From the NCBI RefSeq assembly GCF_009834535.1, contig NC_045697.1, positions 112,842,001-112,906,000 on the forward strand: DNA of 64,000 nt, in the 5' to 3' direction. Below the pieces are notes generated by a model. That model saw only the letters and a program-made list of their open reading frames with translations. It searched no databases and was not told where the DNA came from. This stretch comes from Camelus ferus. Its lineage: Eukaryota. Shown piece by piece: positions 1 through 12,567 of this stretch (positions are counted from its first letter, which is position 1; every line of letters begins with the position of its first letter). The translations under genes and the position numbers were made by a program.

Positions 1-382
1 TTTTGTCCTGTACTTTTTAAAACTCTATTGTTTGTTTATTCACTTTCATTTTTTGTGTGTTTTCCAAAGTAATTTAACCAAATATGACTTACTGCTTCTG
101 GTTTCTGTATTAGTTATACTGATCTTCCTCACCCCAAGACTGCGTTTATAGTTTAGGCTTATTTCGAAGATGTTTTTATCTTTCACATTTAAGACTTTGT
201 TCTCTCTGGAGTCTGACTGTAGATGTCATTCCATACCGGTTTGACTTTTTCTTCCTCATGGAAGCCAGGTGTCCAGAAGCATTTATTATATCCACTCTCC
301 TTTCAATATTGACTTGAATACCCATTTTGCTATATGTGAAATTCTTATCCCTATTTCTGGATTTTGCAGTATTTCCATTTGG

Positions 383-800
383 ATAGGCTAAACTGTTATA
401 AAAATAAATCCAAAAATGTGACGGCTCCAAGGAAATACAAGTTTACTTCTCTCATGATGGTTTAACGTGTCTCTTCCAAACTGGCAGCAGGCTTTTCACC
501 GTGTGGTCATTCAGGGACTCAGGAGAATTCAGCTCCACTCTTTAATATGTGACTTCCTGGCTTGCTCTGATAGTCATCTTCCTAGCACAGAGCAGTAGAA
601 AAGGAGTGTGGAGGAAAGTTTAGATTTAGGAGACAAGCAGGGAGCTGACAATTGTTAGCCCTCTGCGCATCTCGCTGGAGGAAATTTAGTCGTAGGCAGC
701 CTGTAGCTGGAAGGAAGGACAGGGACATGTCACGTGACTGGCAAGAGGTGTACCTAGTCACTGTTTTCTTAATACAGAAGAAAAGAGAATGGATTTTAGG
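383..800 (-). mobile_element. MaLR LTR, MLT1J/K-like
   Basis: Starts ataggctaaactgttataaaaataaatccaaaaatgtgacggct, like the reverse-strand MLT1 end; contains gtggtcattcagggactcagg. Confidence 0.6.
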
Positions 801-829
801 AAATTTATCAGACATTGCCATGGAATAAG

Positions 830-2520
830 TTTCTTGTATCTACTAAAGTCTTGTTAATTACAGCTTTCTTTTATAACTAGAAACAGTTAGAATTTCTATA
901 GGACCGTATCATCAATAAGATAAAATCGGTTGTTTCTTTTCCAATAATTTTTTCTACCAAATGTTTCATTTTCTTCTTACTTTTGTTACAAACTCTCAGA
1001 CAAGTTGAATAATAATTGTAAGAGCAAGCATCCCTAACAGAACGTCTTCAATTAACACAATTCTAGTATTTAATTAACACAGTATGTAGTATTCACAGTA
1101 TCTAGAGTGATATTTGGTGCTGTTTCCTAGGATATTGTCTTTATCACTTTACGAGGTTTTCTTCAACTTTTGTTTCACTCAGGACTTACATTATAGTAAG
1201 ATTGGCAAAGTTTGTCAAACATCTCTTCGGCACTTGACTATAAGATCATAATGTTTTTCTCTTTCAATATATTGGTCTAATGAATTATTGATAGATTTCC
1301 TGATAAGGGGATATCAGAACTAAATCCTATCTATTTTATTCCTTGGGTACTTACTTTTGGTACACCGCCGGTGTATCAAATATACATGCTACTATTAGAT
1401 ATAATAATATTTTAAAAGAATTTTTGCGTCTGTAGTCCCAAATGACCAGAGCATAATTTATTTTCCTTTTTTATTTCTTTCTGAGTACTGTCTTAACACA
1501 TTGAAGTTACATTTATGCAGGATTAATAATATGAATTAAGGAAGTTTCTATTTCTATAGTCAAGAATAGTGTAAATAAAATTAAAATTATGTATTCTTTT
1601 AAAGTAAGATACAACTTAGTTGTGAAACCATCATGCACTTTACAGGGCATATAGACTTTTATTTGTTTATCCAGTCTCTTCTTTGTTAATGATCTATTCA
1701 TTGACATTATCATCGATTTATTTCCTCTTCTTGAATAAATTCTGACAACTTTTATTGTGCTAGAATGTGACCCATTTCCTCTAGGTTTTCAAATTTGTAG
1801 TAATACCATTACATATAGCGGTCTTTTATAATTTTTCTAACTTCTTCTTTATCTCTGGTTATATATCCTTTCTCATTTCCTATATGTTTCTGCTCTCTTT
1901 AACAATTCTTACAGGAAATTCATCTATTTTGTAATTATTTTCAAAAATCTGCTATAAGAAATATTCTTTGTCCTTCTTGTTTATATCCATTTAATGAGTT
2001 TTAGTGTTCATATTTTATTATTTTCTTTTTCCTGCATCCTTTTGTTTTGTCTTGTTACTGTGTTTTTTAATAATGAAGGCTTTTAGTCAGAAATTCTTAT
2101 CTGGATATAGGTTTTGTTGTGTTACATAGGCTCTTCATATAACATTTTCCAGAGTTTCTGGCTATAATTTTTCAGAGATTTCATTTCTTTGGAGCAAGGA
2201 TTATCTTAATACATGTTAGTTAGTTTTCAAGTGATCAAAATTTATTAGTAATTTTGCAAAATTTTATTTCTGATTTTATTGACCCAAAATGAAAAGAAGT
2301 ACCCTATAAAATCTCTACCTGAAGATTTTTGTTCAAGTATTATTTGAAGCCAAATAAATTTTAAATGCCTCATAGGCATTTTAAAACGTTTTTTTTTATT
2401 TAAAGGACATGAGATTTTTAGTATATCTATTAATCAAGTTTTATTGCATTATTCAGTGTCTCTGTGTTGTTTATTTTTTGTTTATCAGCTACGTTGCTTT
2501 CAAAGACTTTTCTTCTCTTC
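830..2520 (-). mobile_element. Ancient degraded L1M ORF2 fragments (a further piece at about 100-380)
   Basis: T-rich sequence with antisense L1 motifs such as tttcctctaggttttcaaattt and tgtgaaaccatc; no ORF. Confidence 0.55.
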
Positions 2521-3142
2521 CAAGCTTTAATTCTTTAATTGTTCTAGCAGAAACAATTTCATGATTTACTTAGAATTTTTTAAATGACCCTCAAAATTGT
2601 CTCTTTTTTTCCTTCTTTCAGATATCTTGATTTTAGCCTGGAAGGATGAGGAGGTGGGGGGAAAAGGGGGGAAAGAAAACTACAGAATAACATCATATCA
2701 GTGGTCTGTGTGAGATTGTCTTATTCTGATTTCTGCAGTCAGAAATAGTTTGTTTTTTCCTTTTGTTTACTTAAAAAATAACAAAATACTCCTTTCAAAC
2801 TTCTATACTGCCCTCTTTTGACCAATGATATAATATACAGTTTATTCCTCTCTGGATAAACACTATGCCCACTGTATCATGCCTTCTTTGACACAGGGCA
2901 TTCCCTTTTAAAGGAACTATGTCACTTTCCTTAGATAATAACATTAAACATGTTAAAATAATTTAGTAATGATTTCCTCATCTGGTCATCATTTTTTTCC
3001 CCACTGGTAGTAAAAATCCAGCCATGTTTAGAAAGGTCAAATTTGAAAAACAATTACTATTGTATTAATAATCATCTCACGATGAAACTAACAATACCAG
3101 ATACATTCATATCAAACCAAAAATTAGAAACTTTTTGAAAAG

Positions 3143-3274
3143 ATTTAAAACAACTCAATGAGAAAAAAACAAACAACCCAATCCAAAAATGGGCAGAAGA
3201 CCTAAACAAGCAATTCTCCAATGAAGACATACAAATGGCCAATAGGCATATGAAAATATGCTCAATATCGCTAA
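3143..3274 (+). mobile_element. Short young L1 ORF2 3' fragment
   Basis: aacaacccaatccaaaaatgggcagaagacctaaac...gaagacatacaaatggccaataggcatatgaaaatatgctcaa. Confidence 0.85.
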
Positions 3275-3924
3275 AAACACTTAATGAAACTAGAAGTCTC
3301 TCCCTCTGCATACCATGAATAACCTGCTGAGACTGATCTTCCAAAGTAGCTCAGCATTATTCCTTGATGATCTCATAATTTTTGTTGCAGACTTATATGG
3401 AACTCTTGTTGGTTTCAACTTCTAGTGACCTACAAGGTAATTATAATTTAGGTACCAGCAGGTTGTGTTAGATTCCAAGGCAGCTTCTATTTAATCTAAG
3501 GTTAAGAATTTAAACTGATCAGAATGAGGTATGACCACCATATTTGACTAATCTCCAAAGAACACTATGTCATTGCAATAGTGATAAGACAAACCACCCG
3601 ATTAATTAGTAGCAAATTGGGCAGATTGATTTGGAAGTTTTCCAGGAGAGAAAGATGCTTCTGGTGCTTTGCTTCCAAAGCAAAACAGACCAAACTTCCT
3701 TAACCCCCTTTGGTAGAGAGAAGTTTGATTTATCATTCTTAAATGTTATATGCCCTGAATCTAATCCACAACAGAAGTGGAATTGCAGGACAGAGAAACT
3801 AAGATGTTTGTGTTAAAAATTATGGGTTTACTAACCTAGGAGGATTATCATGATTTTTGAGGGGATTCTTTGGGTGTTTTCCCTTCCTGATGGAAATATT
3901 ATGACCTTGTAATCCATAAAATGT

Positions 3925-4085
3925 TTTCATTTATAACTTACATATTTGATCCTTACAGCAATCCCCAAGATATGATCTGCCCATTTCACGGTGAGGAAGT
4001 TGGAGTCCTGGGATCTCCAACATATGCCTGCTAGACCTAGTGCCCTAGCCCAGGTCTAGTTGAAGTCCCACGCTGCGTCACCACC
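3925..4085 (-). mobile_element. MIR SINE fragment
   Basis: MIR core: tgatccttacagcaatccc...cccatttcacggtgaggaagttggag. Confidence 0.6.
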
Positions 4086-6196
4086 GGCACAGTGACAGTG
4101 TGACCTCTCCCTTCCCGTGTGTTTACTGGAATAGAAGTGATGGCAAACTGGGTCATGACAAAAAGCTAGCCTTTGCCCAAGCTTGTTTCTTTCTTTCCAT
4201 TGCCCAACCTTGTATTAGGAGAAAAGAGAACCAAAGGATATCAAGGTGAAATACATCTTGAAATTCGAAATAATCAAGCAGAGGGTCCCCTGCCCCCACC
4301 ATTAGATTGGGGGATACTGGCGAAGTGTATGGGAATTGTCTGCTTATGAGAACCCCATGCTGAACCCATTCACAACTGTGAAGGGACCTGTCCTTGTTCC
4401 TATCTGAAAACACTACGAAGTCCCATTTGGTCTGAAAAAATTAAGTAACATGATGCCAAATTTAATGTGTATAGTACTTCTTGGTTCTTGCTGAAACACC
4501 TTTCATTTCTAGTTCTTTGATCGTGTTCTCAAAGATCATATAAATATAGAAAACATTCATAAAACGAGCAGGACAACAAAACCCCCTCCAAAGCCTGTTT
4601 ATATTACTGACCTCTGATCCAGCCAACAGTGTGTCACAATCCTGAATTTCACTGCGAAGGAAAGATGGATGGGTTTTGTTTTCTTGTCTATAGAAAAGGA
4701 GTTGAGATGTCAGTAGGAAAGTACCTCTCTCCATCACCGGAGGAAGCTAATCAAGGAAAAATGTCTTCAGGGTAGCACAGACATTAATCTCCAGCTGGAG
4801 ATCACAGGGCTGTTACGAGGTGTAACTAATCGTACAGTTGTGACTCATCTGGGTCTGTAATAACCTCCTCCGCAGTGACATCGGAGGTTGTATGAGATGT
4901 TGCATGTAAAAGAAAAAGAAAAAGAAAAAATGTTGCTGGGAAGGCGGGAAGGCTGCAAGCCCATGCGAGACACAGCGAGAGTTTGCAGGGAACGCAGTTG
5001 CTGTGTTTCCATAATAACATTTGTGCCATATCCTGTCATCACTGACTTTCTGAAACTGTCTTGAGTAGTCGTCACCGGGCAATTTCAGACCCACAGGTTG
5101 TTATAACAACTTTGTTCTCAGAAATGACCTCTCTCAAGATGCACTGTAGCTGTCTGCTCAGGTGCACTGCGGGGTTGAGTTCAGATGCTCAGAACATTCT
5201 TTTAAACAAAGAATCCTAAAGTGTTAGTTTAGATATTTCACAAACTTTTGGTTTTCAGAACAGGCTCTCCCAACAGCATTTTCTCTATGGAGGAAAGGTG
5301 TGCTGTGATCTCTTGATCCATGTAAAATGCATAGTGTCTGCTTATTCTGCTTGTTGGTCAATTATCCACCAGCAGATAATCGGCAGAGTGGTCTCAGCAG
5401 AAACTGATGGGCTGGCCCTGGCTTGGGCAGAGCTCTGTGGTCGCAAGAAACAGAAGCCTCCTGGGCTTTGAACAACGGGGTGCCACTCTTTAAGGACCCT
5501 TTCTACTTTAAAATTGTATGATTTTCTTAAAAAGTATCGATTCAAAACCTCTTTAGGCCTCTTTTCTCCTAAACTGGAAATTCCCTAAGAGGCAAGAACT
5601 GAGGTATAATTTTTTTAAACTTATTTTTAAGTTTTAAAATTTAAAATAATTTTAAAAATATTTTCAATTTAAACAATTCAAAGTCTGAAATGTTTAAAGT
5701 ATCTTTAATTTTTCTTAATTCTGAAAATAAAACACCAAGAAAATGTATTTTAGAAGAACACAAGTTAGATGCTGTGGGCCATGTATCTGGTATGCAATAT
5801 TTACTGACACTGAGAACCAGAATTGTACTGTTTTAGAATTTTCTAGTAGCAAAAGCAAAAGTGGGGATAATGAACTATATTTTCATTGCTAATCCTATTT
5901 CAAAGGAACTACATATGTTTTTCTAGAGAAATAAGCATTTCCTGGATATAAATACTCTGAGACTGATATAAACCCTGATACTAATTGAAACATTTTCAAA
6001 AGGACACTGATATGTACTAGAGATTTAAAATTTGGTAAGAGAAATACCACATTTTATAATAAGCAATTTTTATGTTTATCTCTCAGAACAGCACAGAGAA
6101 GTTCTCCATGTTGGCCTGTTCTGTGTTTTCTTTTTTCAGCAGGAAAGATGATGGCTACATTTTTAATCAGTGTCTCTAATTTTATTTATTTTTCAG

Positions 6197-6247
6197 AATG
6201 ACAAATCCCCAGGGCGATCTGCAAGTCGATCAAGTAATATTTCAAAA
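6197..6247 (+). CDS. MARCHF1: Internal 51-nt coding exon of E3 ubiquitin ligase MARCHF1 (MARCH1), N-terminal region upstream of the RING-CH domain
   Basis: Acceptor ttttttcag ending at 6196, branch-like ctaat at 6176-6180 and donor gtaagt at 6248-6253. The 17 codons read NDKSPGRSASRSSNISK, matching recalled human MARCHF1 NEKSPGRSASRSSNISK with one E>D change and unlike the MARCHF8 equivalent. Too short for the ORF track. Confidence 0.93.
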
Positions 6248-7326
6248 GTAAGTGAACTACATTCATTTTTTCCTAACTGTTTATTCATTTACATATTTTA
6301 TGAGTTCAGGTCAATATTTTATAGCATTTAACCTGTAATTCTTGTCTGTGAGCAATACACAAATATGACTTGTTAATGTTTTTAACTATCCTAAGATTTT
6401 ACTGTTGTAGAAGAACATGATTTTGCACAACAAAGTGAGTTAAGCTATTTTTCCTCTTCAGCGCAGTATGCAAAAGATTATTTGCTACTTTCAAAGTGTC
6501 AAAGTATGTTTTTTCTCTCACGTCAAGCCTCAGAGAGCTGCGCTGTGGCATAGCCAAGTTGAAACTGCATCAACATTCATGATGTAACTCCCATGAATTC
6601 AGTTATTCCAGGAGTTTGGGCTCAACTGTACTGGAATTTAACCAGGACAGGTTTTAGAAAGCAATTTAATTTAAGACGTTAATTTGGTCGTATTTGCCTT
6701 ATTGAGTTAATGGATGCAAAAATCAAAATACTCCCTAGACTGTCTGTAAATCCAAGCAAGACACCAGAATGTTGAAAAGATTGTAGCAGGGGAGAGATCA
6801 TCTAGATTTTTATTTTGCCTGGAAAACAAAATTTAAGAGCTCTTTTCTAAAAATGAGGTAGCAGGCAATATATAGACTTGGTGCTTGGGGAGCGAAAAGT
6901 CATTTAGAGCCATTTGTGAAATTGGAAAATTATGACTTCCAAAAATGTAATTCTGACAAAGATGAATTTACCACAAAGAGAACTTCCATCTCAGGGCCCC
7001 TCACTGGCCAGCACCCTTCCACAGCCCTGAACTCAATTTTTTGTCTGTAATTTTATATTTCTTTCCTTCAGGAGGGCCCCCCAAACACTGACACAAACTA
7101 TAGGCACTACAGAACACAGACCCACTTCCAACTTAGGGAAGGTTCTGTTTTGTTTTGAGAAACAAAGGACTTTATTACTCATTTAAAAATAGGAGTAACC
7201 AGAGTATTAACATTTTATTAAGCTGGTTGCCTGAGGCCAGTTCTTATGAGAAAATACAAGATGGTCAGATGGCACTTGTGAACGTACTGGGTTGGAGGTA
7301 GAGGTGGAACCCTATGCTTAGGAAAC

Positions 7327-7411
7327 TTTTTTTTTATTTAATTTAATTTAATTTTTTTGTTGAAGGGGGGTAATTCGGTTTATTTGTTTATTTTTAGAGG
7401 AGGTACTGGGG
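7327..7411 (-). mobile_element. 5'-truncated camelid-type SINE (tail only)
   Basis: T-rich tail plus ggggggtaattcggtttatttgtttatttttagaggaggtactgggg, the same tail as the full copies near 11852 and 24445. Confidence 0.75.
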
Positions 7412-7654
7412 AGCAAATCTATTATTTTTAATAGACAGCGAGCACGCCTGTCCGTTGGCCTATAGAGAGACCGTATCTCCGTGTTGCGCTGCCAGCCACT
7501 GTATAAACATGCTCCATAAGCTGGCCCAGAACAAAAGCAGGGTGTGCACAGATGCACAGGACCACAGAGCTTGGTATCTCAACCCTTGAAAGTGCACATT
7601 TCTAAGGACATTCCAATCCGGGCACCTTCCTAACCTTGGAGAGCCCAGGTGGCC

Positions 7655-7830
7655 CTGTGGTTAAAGCACTTACCCTGGAGCGAGAGGATCTGAGAGTTTA
7701 AGTGGCCGCTGTCACTTCCTGTGTACGTGTCCTGAGACACTCACTCAACCTCCCTGAGACACACTCGCCTCCTCTCTGACCTGAGGTGATGATATCAGTC
7801 ACTTGATGGTTTTCTTAAGTAGTTGTCAAT
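7655..7830 (+). mobile_element. MIR SINE, degraded
   Basis: tgtggttaaagcac...cactcaacctccctgag resembles the MIR 5' region and core. Confidence 0.5.
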
Positions 7831-9387
7831 TAAAACAACACCTTTCAAATGTCGATCATCTTTGTCACATCATGAAGAGCCTCGCCTGCAACTGCACAAC
7901 ATGGTCATCTTTCTGAATGTGAATGTGAATGTTGACCTAGAAACCCTGTAAGCAGTACTGACAGCTCTTTTGTCATGCTAAGTATTGCTTTGTGATCCAG
8001 CGACAAAACTGTGTCTGCCTTTCCAAACCGTGGTTTGACTTTGACATACTGCAGCTCATTTATAACGTTTACCTTTTTATTTATTCTTTAAGAAATTAAA
8101 AAAGTCAGAAGTGTAGTTTCCCTCCTATGAGGTCTTCTTCCAGGCTCTGACACGTCTTACTTGCAGCCTTGTGCGGGAGACATGAATGATAAAAGTGCAT
8201 TATATTCAGAGAGAAAAGAAATGCTCTGCTCTAGTTCCTCTAATTGTACAAGAGCAAAAACTCAACCATCACACACCTGTAGGGATGAAAAGATTTCAGT
8301 GTGCTTAAGTTTCTTTTAATCAAGCCAATATAATGGTGCTTTTATTTACGTTCAGAATGACAGTCACAAACGCTAAATCCAATGTTAAGCCCTCACTACT
8401 TTCTAACGAATTACTAAGTGATAACTTTTCATTAAGACCACATAACTTACCAAGTATGGGATGGAAAATTCTAGCAATATTTGAGTCCTTTGATTTTTAA
8501 AGTGGTGGCAAAAACATTAAAGCGGAACAAGATTTTTTTTCTCTAATTTTGTCAGAGTCATTTTTATGTAAAAAAAAGACTGAACTTCTCAAGGGTGTGA
8601 TAATCAAGATACCAGATTAAGAGCATGGATTTCAGAGTAACTGCCTCGGAGCGTTACGTAACTTCCTTTGTAACTATATTTGTAAAAGCAGAGTGTATAA
8701 CAGTATTTATCTCTTGGAGGGGTACTCAGCACAGCACTGCTCTTATTGTAGGGATTTTAATATTGATGTCTTGGTGATGGCACAGTAAGTACTCAGTAAT
8801 GTTTTTGTGAGCAAATGAATGTGAGACACTGGTTATAGCATATGCATTGATTTCTGAGTAGAATAAGAATAAATAACAGATTGGACAGGACAAAGTAAAA
8901 TTTAGGATTAAGTAAAATGTTTGTGACCTGACATCATTTTTTTGGAAAAAAAAATACTGCACATTCTTGTTTCATTAAAAAGTGCACATATGTTTAACAA
9001 TAAAAATGCTCCCAGGTCAGGAGCAGCGTTACGCATCATGGGTGTCTCCCTTCACTTTTGTCAAGTCTGTGCCATCCCTGATCCCTTGACAAAGGAAACT
9101 CACAGATGGTAGAGAGGGCTCCATCCGGACAGTGTGGCAGAGCCATGCTCCGCATGGCTGCGTCTGCCTTCCTGCCCGGGTCCTGCGGTTCCTGGAGCAG
9201 ACTTCCTTGTCATCAGTATTTGGGGGATGTCTCCATCAGGAACCTTATTCTCTGCTGGGAATGACGGAGTGACGGAAACATCCCGTCCACCTCCTCAGTG
9301 AGCTTACAGAGAAGTCATGACATAGACATGTGACGTGCAATTTAAGACATACACAAATTATAATTTAAGTAGAACTGTACCACTCCC

Positions 9388-9943
9388 TGTGCAGAAAAGA
9401 TAAGACAGCAAGCAGGCCTGCACCCCTCACCTCTAGAAAGGCCTGCTGGCAGGGCTGGCCCTTGGCTGGGATTTCAGGAATGGGGTCCCCCGACCCTGAA
9501 CTGGTAGGAATGGCTCGTGTTGCCTAAACTGTGCAGAGAGCACGGTTGATCCCAGACTGCCTGCCGTCCTTACGCGAGTCTGGAGTTTGGCCATGTGCTA
9601 GACAGTGAGGACCCACGTGATCAGCCCTCGGTAAAAAGTCCAGGCATTGGGTCTCTAAGGAGCTTCCCTGGTAGACAGCCCGCCTCCTCTGTTGTCACCA
9701 CCCTCGGCCACAGGAATTAAGTGCCTCCTGTATGACTGCCCCGGGAGTGAGCCTGTGGAAGTCTAGGAGCTCTCCTCCCAGGTCCCTCTGGGCATCACTG
9801 CGTGTGCCTTTTCCCTTTGCTGACTTTGCTTTGTGTCCTTTCACTGTAATAAATCAGAGGCACGAATATGACTGTGTGTTCAGTCCTGTGAAGTTTCTAG
9901 AAAATCACTGAACCTGGGCAGAGTCATGGGAAGCCCCGGTGCA
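9388..9943 (+). mobile_element. Solo LTR, MER68-like (ERVL class)
   Basis: Starts tgtgcagaaaaga; contains agaaaggcctgct, ggcccttggctgg, gagcttccctggtagaca and ccttttccctttgctga; AATAAA at about 9848. Confidence 0.8.
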
Positions 9944-11851
9944 CCAGCCAAAAAAGTTCAGACAGGGAACTGTGGGACTTCAGAGCGCGGTCACTTCCGT
10001 TTGGTGGCAGGCAGCACTGGAGAAGAATTGTGTATAAACAGGGACTTAGACAACAGGTACGACTTAATCAAATGTAAGAGAAGTATGTTTAGGGGCGTCA
10101 AAGGCCAAGACACAGGAGCTGGAAAGCATGGGTCATCAGGCAGAAAGGTACACAAAATAGTTTTTAGGGCTTTTGCCCCAGAACTTGGGTAACAGGATGC
10201 ATTCTCTTTAATTGTACAAGTGTTAACCTGGTTTAGAAATACAGAGATGGATTTAGAACTCATCAAGATTCTTGAGACTTTTATTTTTTGGTAAATAGGG
10301 ATGAAACGGAACATTATTATTTTTGCAGGGTTGTATCCTGACTTGATTGCTGTGGTGAATATGAAATATTTGAGGACAGGATAAAACACTTGTTGAATTG
10401 TTAGTAAGCCCTACATTTTTTCTCCAGTCTTTACCTCTGAATCTTTTTACCCTACAGTATTCAACTGCAATTATATTTTGAGTTTTCTGGTCATTCCGAC
10501 TTCGAGTATTTTTATTAGTTCATATTTCTAATTTAAGGACATATAAGACAGACTTGTGACTCTTTTTTTCCTTCTTATTCTAATAGAATTTGTGTGCCTT
10601 GGCTATGTTAATACTGATCTAAAAGCTACAGAGAAGCTTTATAGGTTTAAAACAATCTGTGTCAAAATACCTTCAGTGTGAACACGCCAGCCTTAATTTT
10701 TCACCACTCACTTTTCCTTTGACAAGCTGCTTTTGACATGAGTGTTTGCTGATGCTTTATAACACACACAGAGCACAAATAGTTTCCTGAAGATGTAAAA
10801 TTAGCAGAATTTGGCTTGTACTTAATCTAAGGGGAAGAATCATTGCCTTCAGCCAGCAACAGTATGTTTTGCATTTCACCAGAAAACCCTTTCAAGAGCA
10901 AACTGTCAAAAGGAAAGAAGGCCTTGTCCTTCCAGCTCAAATTAACGCCTAGAATTTTCTTTTAAATAAAACACTTTTGGCTTTTTGGTCTATGTAGGAT
11001 GCAGGTCACAAAATCTAATCTACTTATAAAAAGAAAGTCAAAAGCCACTACTGAACAAGTAACATCTCAGTGTCCCTTATTTCCTGTTATGGTCCCTAGA
11101 CCTCACTTTCACTGACAAAGCACCTTCTAAATTGTTCAGTCGGTCTCTACCTAGAAATATCCTATACAATGTGAAAGGTGGTACATAGAATATAAAATAT
11201 GATTGCTAGAGCCTTCTCTTTCCCCGTCTGCGTGCCCCAGCTTTCCCTGCAGAAAATGAAGGTGTATGGCATTGTCAACGCAATTTATTCAACAAACATT
11301 TTTCAAGGTTGTACTGTGTACGAGTCATTCTGTCAGTCACAGTGTTTTAAAGCGATGTTTTCTTTTGATCAAACAAATACTCTGATTTGACTTCTGTAAA
11401 ATCTTCATCTCTTCCTATTTGGCCAGATTTGCCTTTAAGATTCCAATGCGCGTTCCAGCAAGGTCAAGGTGAGAGCAGCCCCCACGTTTAAAATGTATTG
11501 GGAATTCGTTCCGCTGAACCTGAGCCAGGCGTTTGCATCTCTGAGCAGGTGTTTAATGTTCTGGCTTAGGGAGAGATCCATCTTGGTTTGCTTGTACAAG
11601 GGGCAGATAAATCAGCCGTACCTTCAGATTATATATCTTGAGAGGATGAGTTTGACAGGGTGATGAAATAACATAGGATGTAGAATTAGGAAACGGCTAG
11701 AAATGAAGTGGAGTAATTTGAGAACTGTCATAGAGCCGGCGTCAGGGTCTGTCCTGAGACCAAAGCTGAGTAAATGAGTATAAATTTAGTTGAATTAGTA
11801 AAGATGGTGGCAGCAGGTTAAGAAAGCCTGAGACCTTCTTACACCCTGGGG

Positions 11852-12005
11852 CTTTTTCTTTCTTGTTTTAAAATTTTACTTATTTGGGTGGCAGGGGTAA
11901 CTAGGTTGATTTATTATGTATTTGTTTATTTGATGGAGGTACTGGGGATTGAACCCAGGACCTCGTGCCTGCTAAGCATGTGCTCTACCACTGAGACCTA
12001 CCCTT
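11852..12005 (-). mobile_element. tRNA-Ala-derived SINE, camelid Vic-1-like
   Basis: Minus strand reads tctcagtggtagagcacatgcttagcaggcacgaggtcctgggttcaatccccagtacctcca (A and B boxes), then a conserved tail and A-rich end. Confidence 0.85.
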
Positions 12006-12079
12006 GCTCTTTTTTTCTTTATTTACACTCACTCCTCAGACAATCTCATCTGGCCTCACGACTGGTAGAATCAATGTGC

Positions 12080-12178
12080 CAATGATTCTCAAATAGATAT
12101 TTCTAGCCCAGAGTTCTGCCAGGAATTCCAGACTCAAGTATTCTACCTTGATTTTCCACATGAGTGTGTAACAGGAAT
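12080..12178 (+). mobile_element. L2 fragment, apparently continued at 14065-14600
   Basis: tgattctcaaatagatatttctagcccag...ttccagactca is typical L2. Confidence 0.55.
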
Positions 12179-12179
12179 C

Positions 12180-12567
12180 TGTCTCAGGGCAGGTGTCCCT
12201 AGAAGCCAATTCTGAGATGGAATTTTCTGCAGTGCTGCACTGTGGGAGTGCAGTCAGAACAGCAGGACGGAGGAGAAGGAAGTCAAGAAAGGTTCTCCTG
12301 CTCTGCAAGAGGACCCTGCCCTATGAAGTGAACTTGAAGTTGTCCCCCTCCCAAGGCATGGGAGCAGGGCTTGTCTCCTCTTCACCAGCCATCCAGGCTC
12401 AGGTCACTTAGAGGGAAGTGTCCAGGCACTTTCTCTTAAGCCAAGGGCAGTTTTCCAAAGAGAATCACGGTCACAAGACTTTGGAAACCAAAGTGCCCAG
12501 AAGCTGCAGGAGTCAGGTTCTGACACGGTCAAAGGGGCCAGACTGGGTCTTGGTGGCACCTGCTACA
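12180..12567 (-). mobile_element. LTR16-family LTR (ERVL)
   Basis: Starts tgtctcagggcaggtgtccctagaagc (reverse of the LTR16 end) and ends tgctaca next to ERV internal sequence; CpG-depleted. Confidence 0.65.
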
